Assembly (NCBI GenBank): GCA_037445735.1
Contig: JBBIJY010000012.1
Span: 28,340 to 92,339, forward strand
Length of the DNA stretch: 64,000 nucleotides
Source of the DNA: Armatimonadota bacterium
GTDB taxonomy: Bacteria; Armatimonadota; Fimbriimonadia; Fimbriimonadales; GBS-DC
Reading direction: 5' to 3'
This document shows positions 28,232-37,476 of the stretch, one piece after another. Each line of letters opens with the position of its first letter. Position 1 is the stretch's first letter. The notes under the pieces are model-generated. The model made no database searches and had not been told where the DNA came from. It saw only the letters and a program-made list of their open reading frames with translations. A program made the translations under genes and the position numbers.

Positions 28232-28335
28232 CAAACTCACCTCCTCGCTCAGTGTCTGGCTCTCCCCTGCGAGAGCCAACAGGCATTATACCCCATTGTA
28301 GCGGTGCATTGGTATTGGCTGCATGCTGGAGAGAT

Positions 28336-28899
28336 TTATCCTCTCCAGGCTGCCTTCTGGATCACCGAAAACCTGTCTGCTTTGCCGAAGTCTTCATAGA
28401 GTTCTTTTGTCAACGAGCCTTCGGGATAGTTCGTTTTCTCCTGTATGAAAATCAGTTCTGTGACGACCAGCAGGAACTCCACGCTGTACTCGCCAACCGC
28501 GTCGAGTTTTTTGAAAGGTTGCTCATTTCCTGGCTTGTAAACCTGCAACGCTGGTGGGAAACGGTCGATGGGTCTAACCTTATCAAAGAGACTCACAAGA
28601 TAGTCGCGCAGCTGATGGGTCAGCTGCTTATCATAGGCTTCTTTCACATATAGCTCCACAATCAGATGGATATGTTTGGGGGTGCGAGATTTTGTGGAAT
28701 ATCGTCTATCCTTATACTTTACTACAAAGTCATTGCTCGATTTGCGTCCTTGAGAAACAAAAATTTCCACGCCCTCCTGGGTGGTGTGAATCTTTACAGT
28801 TGGTGTCATCCGTCGCGACAGCGTGTACAAAATCGTGCGCAGCGTTTCAAGCACCCGTTCCAGAAACCGACCGATGCGGTAGCTATCTTGCCTGACCAT
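28336..28899 (-). CDS. Hypothetical protein downstream of a DNA methyltransferase (start 28899 or 28809)
   Basis: Lower-GC ORF overlapping or abutting the MTase stop; no family recognised. Confidence 0.65.
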   Translation of the reverse strand: MVRQDSYRIGRFLERVLETLRTILYTLSRRMTPTVKIHTTQEGVEIFVSQGRKSSNDFVVKYKDRRYSTKSRTPKHIHLIVELYVKEAYDKQLTHQLRDYLVSLFDKVRPIDRFPPALQVYKPGNEQPFKKLDAVGEYSVEFLLVVTELIFIQEKTNYPEGSLTKELYEDFGKADRFSVIQKAAWRG

Positions 28900-29830
28900 C
28901 GAGCATGCTCTCCCGGAACTTACGGATATCTTCATCCTCAGCGGGTTTGCGAAAAACGAACAGATGTTCATGGAAAATGAGCAGGAAGTCGCGATCGGGC
29001 TGTTTACTCCATCGCTCGCGCGTCGACTTCATCCTCCACTGCACCTTGATAATGTCCTCACGCAGGATAAAGCCCGCTTTTAAAAACCGTTCCATCACCC
29101 GGTAGGCGATGGGGATGTAGTGCTTGTGTCTGCGTGTGTCGCCAATCAGGATGGCGCAGTGTTTATTTGGCTTCAGCACGCGGAAACATTCGTGGGCAAC
29201 CTGCTCCATTGCGTCCAGAAAATCGGCAACCGAGCGGAGCCGAGATAGATCGCCCTCGATGGATTTCTGGCTGGAATACCGAATGATTCCCGCATATGGC
29301 GGATGTGTTGCTACGAGATCAACACTGTTGTCTGGTATCAGGTTTAAGTTGCGGGCATCGCCGTGATAAATCCGAATCTCCGAGTCAGGGAGCTGTTCAT
29401 ATAGGCTGGCGGGTTCGAAGTTCAAACGGTCAAAAGTGAGCATAAGCGAATCGAAGTTAATATCGATGCCGATGCCGTTCCGTCCAAGCAGTCGGCACTC
29501 GACAAGCGTGGTTCCGCTGCCAACCATCGGATCCAGCACCCATTCACCTAGCTCAGTGTAGCGCAGGATCAGGTTGCGCGGTATCTGCGGCGCCCAGTTG
29601 CCACGATAATTGCCCTGATGCGTTGCCCAATCCCCTCGCTCAGGGAACGACCAGACAGTGGTCAGTTCTGGCTCAAATGCCTCTGGCTGCAGGCGCTCCA
29701 CCTGCTTGCGCCCTGTAAGCGGGATACATACATCCTCAATCACCACTTCCCGCCGTTGATTCAGGAACTCGTTATACACATCCCAGTCCAGTTCGCGCAT
29801 CAGAACCGTATCAGGTCGGGTCGCTATCAT
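28883..29830 (-). CDS. N4-cytosine/N6-adenine DNA methyltransferase
   Basis: SAM motif VLDPMVGSGTT, then THPPY, RVLKP and ILREDIIK; N-terminal TTVWSFPERGDWATH. Confidence 0.85.
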   Translation of the reverse strand: MIATRPDTVLMRELDWDVYNEFLNQRREVVIEDVCIPLTGRKQVERLQPEAFEPELTTVWSFPERGDWATHQGNYRGNWAPQIPRNLILRYTELGEWVLDPMVGSGTTLVECRLLGRNGIGIDINFDSLMLTFDRLNFEPASLYEQLPDSEIRIYHGDARNLNLIPDNSVDLVATHPPYAGIIRYSSQKSIEGDLSRLRSVADFLDAMEQVAHECFRVLKPNKHCAILIGDTRRHKHYIPIAYRVMERFLKAGFILREDIIKVQWRMKSTRERWSKQPDRDFLLIFHEHLFVFRKPAEDEDIRKFRESMLDGQAR

Positions 29831-29905
29831 CGCTCATCCTCGAAGAGATTATACCCCCCAGATTTTTTTATGCATGGTACAATCCCTCTCTGGAGGTGGA
29901 TTCCG

Positions 29906-31414
29906 ATGCGAGGGAGTCGATGGTTGTGTGGTTTGGGTGGATTGCTGACAGGGATGGGGCTGCTGGCGCTGCCAGTGAGGGCAGCCGACAACGCGCTCGT
30001 TTCCTCGACGCGCGAACAGGTCACGCTGACCATCTACGACCAGAACTTCGCCCTTGTGAGTGAACAGCGTCCGCTAACGCTGAAGCAGGGGCTGAACGAG
30101 GTAACGCTGCTGGAGGTTTCCCCACTGCTGGATACGCAGTCGCTGTTGTTGCAGTGGCTGGGTCGTCCGTCGCCAATGCCAGAAATCGTTGCGCACACCT
30201 ACGATCTGGGCATTCAGAACAGCAGTTCGCTACTGCAGCGCTATGTTGGCAAGCGCGTGCAGGTGGTTCGCTACGGTCAGGATGGTCGCCCGGCGGGTGT
30301 GCTGGAGGGCATATTGCTTAGCGCCGAGGGCGGTCAGCTGGTGCTGGAGGCGACGGAGACATCATTTGTTGCCGCTCTGGCGCCGGACCTGCTCCAGCGC
30401 GCTCTCTATGTGAACCCTGAAGGCACGCTGCGTCTGCCGATGGAGCCGGGCACGCCGTTGCTGCCTGCTCTGTGCCTGCAGATTCATGCGCCTGCGGACA
30501 GCAACGCCACGCTGACGCTGAGCTACCTCACGGGCGGATTGGACTGGGACGCCGATTATATCGCCATCCTGCGCGGGGAGAACGCGCTGCGCCTGGAATG
30601 CTGGGCGACCGTCACGAACCAGACGGGGCTGGCGTTCCGCGAGGCGCGGGTGAACCTCGCCACAGGTGTGGCAGCGCCGCTAACGGTGCAGACAGCGCAA
30701 AGGTTGGGCAGGCGTGAAGAAGAGCGCATGATGGAGGGCTATGCATTCAGGGCGGTTCCCAGAGGGCGGTACATAGAGGCGCAGCCGCTCGGCGAGGTCT
30801 ACTCGTACCCGATTCGGCGCACGGTGTCCATCGACGACGCGCGTCAGAGCCGCCTGCTGTTGCACGAGGCGGGTCAGGTACCTGTCCAGAAGCGTTATCT
30901 CTATCGGGCGCCGACGCTGTGGGCAGATAGCGCGCCCTACATCGGCAAGGAGGTGCGTCGTAACAGCGCCGAAGTCTCGCTCGTGCTGGAAAACCGCAAG
31001 GAGCATGGGCTGGGCATCCCGCTGCCGAGCGGAAGCGTGCGCCTGTATGAGACCGACGCGCAGGGCGTGCCGCGCTATCTCGGCACCGCTCAACTGCCTG
31101 CCACGCCCGTCAACCAGAAAATCACGCTCACCGTCGGGCAGGCGTTCGACATCACGGGCGAGTGGCAACCCCTGCGCCAGACCGCGCGCGGCAGGGGCAG
31201 AGTGGAGTACGAGGTGTAACTCACGCTCCGCAACGCCAAAAATCGCCCCGTGCCAGTGCGGGTCGTTCAGCCCTTCAGCGGCAGCTGGACAATCCTGAAA
31301 GCCAGCCATTCCTATACCCGCGCGTCGGCGACCGCTGCCCAGTGGGCGCTGACCGTGCCAGCGAATGGCGCATTACAACTGCGCTTCACGGCGGAAGCGC
31401 GCGCCCTGCAATAG
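29906..31414 (+). pseudogene. DUF4139-like secreted protein interrupted by an in-frame TAA at 31217-31219
   Basis: Signal peptide, LTIYDQNFALV, LSYLTGGLDWDADY, GLGIPLPSG; the same frame continues LTLRNAK...VPANG to TAG at 31414. Confidence 0.8.
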
Positions 31415-31472
31415 GCAGGATTCAGATGCCCAGAATCGAACAACCGTTCGATGCAGGAGGTGAATACCAACG

Positions 31473-33050
31473 ATGCGACATTTGGCACTGGTGCTGGGCG
31501 CTCTGCTCTGCCTGATGAGCTGGGCGCAGAACCTGCAGGCAGGCGCCGCTGCGAGCAAAATCACGCCCAGCAAGCAGGTCTATCTGGCGGGCTACTCGCC
31601 CAATCGCCCCAATAAAGGGGGCGTGCATGACGACATCTGGGTGCGGGCGCTTGTGCTGCAAATCGGGCAGGAGCGCATCGCGATTGCTGTGTGCGACCTG
31701 ATCGGACTGCTGCGCGACGATGTGCAGAAAATCCGTCAGCGCGTGCGGAATGTGCCGCCGAACCGCATCATCGTCGCCAGCACCCATGTGCATTCGGGTC
31801 CCGACACCATCGGGCTATGGGGTCCCCAGCCAACGGTGTCTGGGCGCGATACTGAGTATATGAGCTTCCTCATCGAAACGGTTGCCCGCACCATCGATGA
31901 GGCAGCGAGCAAGCTGCAACCTGCCACGATGGGCTTCGCCAGAACGCGCGTGGAGGGCATCTCCACCAACTATCGGGTGCGGGAGATTCTGGATACCGAA
32001 GCGGCGGTGCTTCAGGTGCGCAGTAAGGCTGATAATAAGCCCATCGCGACGCTCACCAACTTCGCCTGCCACCCCGAAGTGCTGAACAACGACCAGCTGA
32101 CCGCCGACTTCCCGAACTGGTTCTATCGCACGGTGGAGGCGCAGGGTGGCGGCGTGGCAATCTTTGTGAACGGTGCGCTGGGCGGCATGGTCTCGCCTGC
32201 AGAAGACCCGAACTATCAGGGTGAGAAGGGCAAAGACTGGGCACGCGCCGAACGAATGGGAACCCTGCTTGCCACCCGAACGCTCGAAGCGGTCAAAACG
32301 ATGAACTTCACTGATAATGTGGCGTTCGAGCATCGGAGCCAGACCTTCAGCGTGCCGCTGGAGAACGAGCGGTTCAAGCAGGCGGTCGCGATAGGGGTCA
32401 TTCCCAAAGGCGAATCGCTACAGAACGACACGCTGACCACCGAAGCGCACCTGTTCCGAATCGGCAACGCCGTCTTCTTCACCATGCCAGGCGAGGTGCT
32501 GCCCAATATCGGCTTCCTGCTCAAGAAGCGGCTGAGCGCGTACGGCGACCCTGTGTTCCTGATCGGGCTGGGCAACGACGAGCTGGGCTATATTCTGAGC
32601 GAAGAGGACTACTGGCTCGATCTGTACGAGTATGAGCGCAGCATGTCGGTCGGCTCGCAGATTGGCGAGCAACTGATAGCGACAGCGAAACAGCTGAGCG
32701 AGGGCTGGACGCCCATCGCCAGAGGAGGTGCCGGTGTGGCGCAGGTGGAAGCTGAACTGCAGAAGTACCTGTCGCGCTTCCGCCCGGAGCGCGCGGGCGC
32801 GTTGAAGGCAACTTACCGCTTCATCCTGGAAGGTGGTGGCGAATATTATCTGCGCATCGCCGACGGCAAAGCCACCTTGAGCAAGGAGGGCAACCCTTCG
32901 GAAGCGCAGGTCACTATCCGTGCGCCCGCCCAGGTGTTCCTCGATGTGATCACGGGCAAACGCAACGCGCTTGACGCCTACAACACGGGCGAGCTGCAGG
33001 TGGAGGGCGACATCGGGCTGGCGCAGTACCTGCTCTATGTGTTCGAATAG
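31473..33050 (+). CDS. Secreted neutral/alkaline ceramidase-like amidohydrolase with C-terminal SCP2 lipid-binding domain
   Basis: STHVHSGPD, NFACHPE, NGALGG, PGE, GLGNDELGY; tail NALDAYNTGELQVEGD is SCP2-like. Confidence 0.75.
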   Translation: MRHLALVLGALLCLMSWAQNLQAGAAASKITPSKQVYLAGYSPNRPNKGGVHDDIWVRALVLQIGQERIAIAVCDLIGLLRDDVQKIRQRVRNVPPNRIIVASTHVHSGPDTIGLWGPQPTVSGRDTEYMSFLIETVARTIDEAASKLQPATMGFARTRVEGISTNYRVREILDTEAAVLQVRSKADNKPIATLTNFACHPEVLNNDQLTADFPNWFYRTVEAQGGGVAIFVNGALGGMVSPAEDPNYQGEKGKDWARAERMGTLLATRTLEAVKTMNFTDNVAFEHRSQTFSVPLENERFKQAVAIGVIPKGESLQNDTLTTEAHLFRIGNAVFFTMPGEVLPNIGFLLKKRLSAYGDPVFLIGLGNDELGYILSEEDYWLDLYEYERSMSVGSQIGEQLIATAKQLSEGWTPIARGGAGVAQVEAELQKYLSRFRPERAGALKATYRFILEGGGEYYLRIADGKATLSKEGNPSEAQVTIRAPAQVFLDVITGKRNALDAYNTGELQVEGDIGLAQYLLYVFE

Positions 33051-33116
33051 CCCCCTCACCCGTACCCTCTCCCCCAAAGGGGGAGAGGGCAACATTTCCC
33101 CGCTGGGGTGAGGGGC
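33051..33116. repeat. Palindromic repeat copy
   Basis: CCCCCTCACCCGTACCCTCTCCCCCAAAGGGGGAGAGGG...GGGGTGAGGGG. Confidence 0.85.
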
Positions 33117-33118
33117 AT

Positions 33119-33154
33119 AAAAAACCAGCGGGGAGTGCCGCTTGCACTCCCCGC
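33119..33154 (-). terminator. Terminator of the cold-shock gene
   Basis: GCGGGGAGTGC/GCACTCCCCGC stem with an adjacent A tract on the plus strand. Confidence 0.75.
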
Positions 33155-33181
33155 CTTCGGTCGCTCCGTCTTCAGACTGCT

Positions 33182-33382
33182 TTACTTCGGGACAACATTG
33201 CGCGCCTGCAAGCCCTTCGGTCCCTGAACAACCTCGAACTCGACCGGCTGCCCCTCGTACAGCGTCCTGTGCCCCTGCATGCTAATTGCAGTGTGATGCA
33301 CAAAGACTTCACGACCGTCGTCGGCTACGATGAAGCCGTAGCCCTTCTGGTCGTTGAACCACTTTACTTTACCCGTGACCAT
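33182..33382 (-). CDS. Cold-shock protein (CspA family)
   Basis: GKVKWFNDQKGYGFI, VFVHHTAI, GPKGLQARNV; strong RBS. Confidence 0.96.
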   Translation of the reverse strand: MVTGKVKWFNDQKGYGFIVADDGREVFVHHTAISMQGHRTLYEGQPVEFEVVQGPKGLQARNVVPK

Positions 33383-33530
33383 CATTAACCTCCTTCCGGG
33401 CGCAGACGGACGGGTGACCGCCTGTCCCGTTTGTGATACAAAGCTATTATACCCGATGCGCATCGCGATTCCTGCCTTTTGTCAAGGGGTGTGCAGGATA
33501 GCCCTGATTGCCTGCCGAATCACCTCGCTT

Positions 33531-34499
33531 ATGAGCCAGGTTCGCATCGGTTTTGTGGGCACGGGCGGTATTGCGCAGGCGCATTTTGACGCGCTCTCGC
33601 GCATAGAGAATGTTCAGCTGGTCGCGTTTTGCGATGTGGAGGCAGCGCGGGCGGAAGCGGCGGCAGGGCGGTTTGGCGGGCGTGCCTACACCGATTGGGA
33701 GCGCATGCTGCGCGACGAATCGCTCGACGCGCTCTATGTGTGCGTGCCGCCTCATGCGCATGAGGGCATCGAGGAACGGGCAGCGGAGAAGGGCATCCAT
33801 CTGTTCGTGGAGAAGCCGGTCGCCCGCACGCTGGAACGCGCCCGCCAGGTCGAAGCCGCCATCCAGAAAAAGGGCATTCTGAGCTGTGTCGGCTATCACT
33901 TCCGCTACTTTGGCTCGACCGATCGCGCCCGCGAGCGGTTGCAGGGGCTGCCCATCGTGATGTCCATCGGCTACTGGCACGGCGGGATGCCCGGCGTCGG
34001 CTGGTGGCGCAAGCACGCGCTCTCAGGCGGGCAACTGATTGAGCAGACCACGCACATCGTTGACCTCGCCCGCTATCTGGTGGGCGAGATTGTGCAGGTG
34101 CATGCTTATTTTGCGCAGGGTGTGGTGCCGCTGCCCCATCCCGATGGTGATGTGAGCGAGGCGGGCGTGGTCGCCCTGCGATTCGCCAGCGGCGCGGTCG
34201 GCGTCATCACCAACACCTGCATCCTGAACACGCCCGGCGAGATTGCCCTCAAAATCTACTCGCCCGATCGGGTGCTGGAAGTCGGCTGGGGACGACTGGT
34301 GGAGATTGAGTCGAACCGCCGCGAGGAGTACACCTCGCGCGATAATCCCTACCTGACCGAGAATCGCACCTTCATCGAGGCGGTTCGCACGGGCGATGGG
34401 CGTGTCATCCGCTCGCCCTACTCGGACGGTGTGCGCACGCTTGCCGTTACGCTGGCGGCGGACGAATCGGCACGCACGGGTGTGCCCGTTTCGGTATAA
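33531..34499 (+). CDS. Gfo/Idh/MocA family oxidoreductase
   Basis: IGFVGTGGIA, FVEKP, SGGQLIEQTTH. Confidence 0.92.
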   Translation: MSQVRIGFVGTGGIAQAHFDALSRIENVQLVAFCDVEAARAEAAAGRFGGRAYTDWERMLRDESLDALYVCVPPHAHEGIEERAAEKGIHLFVEKPVARTLERARQVEAAIQKKGILSCVGYHFRYFGSTDRARERLQGLPIVMSIGYWHGGMPGVGWWRKHALSGGQLIEQTTHIVDLARYLVGEIVQVHAYFAQGVVPLPHPDGDVSEAGVVALRFASGAVGVITNTCILNTPGEIALKIYSPDRVLEVGWGRLVEIESNRREEYTSRDNPYLTENRTFIEAVRTGDGRVIRSPYSDGVRTLAVTLAADESARTGVPVSV

Positions 34500-34508
34500 T
34501 TCTTGCCA

Positions 34509-35303
34509 ATGCTGCTGGCAATCGATGTGGGCAACACGCACACCGTGTTCGGCGTGCATGACGGCTCGGCGTGGCGTGCCTGGCGCGTGCAGACTAATCC
34601 CGCTCGCACGGAGGATGAGCATTATGTGCTGTTGCGGTCGCTGATGGCGGCGGCGGGGCTTCAGGAGCCGATTCGGGCGGTGGTGGTGGCGTCGGTCGTG
34701 CCCGCGCTGGATGACACCCTGCGACTGCTGTGCCAGCGCTGGCTGCTGTGCGAGCCGCTCTTCGTCTCGGTTCAGCTCGATCTGGGCATTGAGGTGGCTT
34801 ACGAGCCGCCGACGGCGGTCGGCGCGGATCGGCTGGCGAACGCGGTGGGCGCGAAAGCGCTCTATGGCACGCCCGCGATTGTGGTCGACTTCGGCACGGC
34901 GACCACGCTCGACGCCCTCACGCGGCAGGGCGTTTACTGGGGCGGCGCGATTTTGCCGGGCGTGGAGCTGATGCTTGAATCGCTGGCAGGGCGCACGGCG
35001 CGATTGACGCGCGTGTCGCTCAGCGGCGCGGTGAACCCCATCGGGCGCAACACCGCCGAGAGCCTGCGCAGCGGCACCCTGCTCGGCTCCGCCGGCGCCG
35101 TCGAATATCTGATCACGCTTTTCAAACAGGAGCTGGGTGAAGACGCGCAGGTGGTGGCAACGGGCGGCTTAGCCCCCCAGATCGCCCCCTGCTGCCCGCA
35201 AATTCAAAAAATAGACCTCTTCCTCACCCTCGAAGGCATGCGCCAGATTTATGAGCGGAATCGCGAAACCCTTTCTTCTAATCAGGTACCTGCCCAGGGG
35301 TAG
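34509..35303 (+). CDS. coaX: Type III pantothenate kinase
   Basis: AIDVGNT, VGADR, VDFGTATT, GGAILPG, ATGG. Confidence 0.95.
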   Translation: MLLAIDVGNTHTVFGVHDGSAWRAWRVQTNPARTEDEHYVLLRSLMAAAGLQEPIRAVVVASVVPALDDTLRLLCQRWLLCEPLFVSVQLDLGIEVAYEPPTAVGADRLANAVGAKALYGTPAIVVDFGTATTLDALTRQGVYWGGAILPGVELMLESLAGRTARLTRVSLSGAVNPIGRNTAESLRSGTLLGSAGAVEYLITLFKQELGEDAQVVATGGLAPQIAPCCPQIQKIDLFLTLEGMRQIYERNRETLSSNQVPAQG

Positions 35304-35394
35304 AGGGGTATCATTGAAAATACAGCGGAACCCGGACATCTGGCTCATTGAAGCTGGTCGTGCCCCAAGCCTATCGAGCATGGAGGTAAGGAGC

Positions 35395-36681
35395 ATGGGA
35401 TATGAGCCGAATGCAGGGATCAGGAGGAGCATAAGGTGGGCAGATCGGGCTGCCAGGCGCCATGTGAGTTGTGTGTCGCTCATGCTCACCCTGGGTGTGG
35501 CATTGATAGGCGCAGCGAATGCCCAGAGCCTGACCTGGCTGGGCACTATCCCCGATGGTCAGTGGAGCGCGGCTTCCGATGTCTCAGCTGATGGCACAAC
35601 CGTGGTTGGCGTTGCTTTCAATGCCAGCAACCAATCCCGTGCCGCCTACTGGACACCACTGACTGGCATGATTGACTTGGGAACCCTTGATGGTGAGAGT
35701 AGCTATGCTTATGGCGTCTCAGCGGATGGCGTGGTGGTGGTGGGCCAGGCAAGCAACGGCAGTCATGCTCGCGCCTTTCGATGGACACCCGCCACCGGCA
35801 TGCAGGATATAGGCACGCTGGGCGGCTGTTGTGGCGAAGCTCGTGGCGTCTCGGCGGATGGCTCCGTCATAGTTGGACATGCTACGAACGCCAGTGAACA
35901 GCCACGCGCTTTTCGATGGACACCCACCAGCGGAATGCAGGACATAGGCAGCCTGCCGAATGCAATCAGTGTCGCAGCGTTCGGCGTCTCCGCAAATGGC
36001 TCCGTGGTGGTGGGCATCGTGGAGTACCGTTTTTCCAGCCAGGCGTTTCGCTGGAGCGAAACCACAGGCATCCAGGTGCTTCAAACAGGGGCTATCGGCT
36101 ACTATAACGAAGCGCGGGCGGCTTCAGGGGACGGCTCCGTCGTGGTCGGCACATCAGGAACCCTCAGCTTCTGGCGAGCCTTTCGCTGGACAGCTGAATC
36201 GGGAAGAATGCACGATTTAGGCACCGTGACAGGCGGTCAATGCTGTAGCGAGGGTCTCGATGTTTCGGCAGATGGCACAGTGGTAGTGGGAATGTCTATC
36301 AATGCTGCATTGCAGTTTGTGGCTTTCCGATGGACGGCTGGTAGCCGTAGAATGGAAGATTTGAACATTACTTATGCCGATCTGCTCCGCGATGGTTCCC
36401 ACCTTATGGTCGCTGAGGCGGTTTCCGTCGATGGGCGCTATATTGTCGGTCAAGGCTATAACGCCACTGCAGGCAGGAATGAGGCGTTCCTGCTGGATAC
36501 CTGGCGCACAGGCGACACGAACGGTGATGGCTGTATCGATGACGCCGACCTGCTGGCAGTGCTGTTCGCGTTTGGCACACCTGGTACAGGCTACACGCGC
36601 CACGAGGACATCAATAAAGACCGTACCGTTGACGATGCCGATCTGTTAATAGTTCTATTTAACTTTGGACAGGGTTGTTAG
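35395..36681 (+). CDS. Secreted HAF-repeat protein with C-terminal dockerin-like duplicated Ca-binding motif
   Basis: Repeats of A(Y/R)GVSADGSVVVG...RAFRWT...GMQDIGTL; tail GDTNGDGCIDDADLL and EDINKDRTVDDADLL. Confidence 0.85.
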   Translation: MGYEPNAGIRRSIRWADRAARRHVSCVSLMLTLGVALIGAANAQSLTWLGTIPDGQWSAASDVSADGTTVVGVAFNASNQSRAAYWTPLTGMIDLGTLDGESSYAYGVSADGVVVVGQASNGSHARAFRWTPATGMQDIGTLGGCCGEARGVSADGSVIVGHATNASEQPRAFRWTPTSGMQDIGSLPNAISVAAFGVSANGSVVVGIVEYRFSSQAFRWSETTGIQVLQTGAIGYYNEARAASGDGSVVVGTSGTLSFWRAFRWTAESGRMHDLGTVTGGQCCSEGLDVSADGTVVVGMSINAALQFVAFRWTAGSRRMEDLNITYADLLRDGSHLMVAEAVSVDGRYIVGQGYNATAGRNEAFLLDTWRTGDTNGDGCIDDADLLAVLFAFGTPGTGYTRHEDINKDRTVDDADLLIVLFNFGQGC

Positions 36682-36840
36682 TTGGTCTCTGCACTGTGCT
36701 TGTTCCACAGGCAATGGGTTTATCGCCACGCTTTTTAGCACGGCTGGCGATTCAGGTAAAATCCTGCCGTTATGCAGAGGGTGTCTGCCAGGCTAACGCT
36801 GTCCGTACAGTGCTGGGTGATACCTTAGGGAGATAATCAT

Positions 36841-37476
36841 ATGAATCGGGAGTTGCAGACCGTCTGGGAGACCGTACGCGAGAAGGTCAAGGAGAAGGTG
36901 ACGGGTCGCAGCCTCTATCAGGCGCTGGACCTGCTGACGCCCATCCTGATGGAGGGCGAGACGCTGGTGCTGGGCATGCCGACCGAGCATGCGCTGCTCG
37001 CCAGCCATCTGAACGCGCCCACCGTGCGCCGCTATATGGAGCAATTTCTGGAGGAAGCCTACGGTTTCCGCCCCCAGATTGTGATTATCGAGGGCACCAC
37101 GCTGCAGGACTGGCAGCTGTATCGGCGCAAGCAGGAGGAGCTGCGGCGGCTGAGCGAGGTCAGCCAGCGCAAGCAGGTTCAGGAGGCGCGCGCCTACACC
37201 TCGTGGGAAGGCGTCTATGAGCAGGTGGGGCGCGCCTTCGCCGCGACGCCCGCCCGCAGCCTCGCCACCAGTCGCGCCCGCTACCTGCAGGAGGCTCTCC
37301 AGATCGTGCGCGACGCGCTCAAAACCCTGCCGCTGGACGACGAGATGGACGAACGGCAGCTGAACCGCGTGATTGAGCGCATTGCGACCAATGTGGACGC
37401 GCCCGCCGCGCTTATCGCCTGGCTGCTGCTCTTCCCACAACCGAACCCGCTGGATGGCGCCAATGACCCGTCGTGA
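36841..37476 (+). CDS. Hypothetical protein with a DnaA-domain-I-like N-terminus
   Basis: VWETVREKVKEKVTGRSLYQAL...EGETLVLGMP pattern; no AAA+ domain. Confidence 0.6.
   Translation: MNRELQTVWETVREKVKEKVTGRSLYQALDLLTPILMEGETLVLGMPTEHALLASHLNAPTVRRYMEQFLEEAYGFRPQIVIIEGTTLQDWQLYRRKQEELRRLSEVSQRKQVQEARAYTSWEGVYEQVGRAFAATPARSLATSRARYLQEALQIVRDALKTLPLDDEMDERQLNRVIERIATNVDAPAALIAWLLLFPQPNPLDGANDPS

Noticed and set aside
31217-31219. Selenocysteine/pyrrolysine recoding
   Set aside because: The codon is TAA, not TGA or TAG, and TAA ends other genes normally.
36700-36712. DnaA box / replication origin near the DnaA-N-like gene
   Set aside because: Only one poor match (TGTTCCACA); no box cluster or AT-rich unwinding element.
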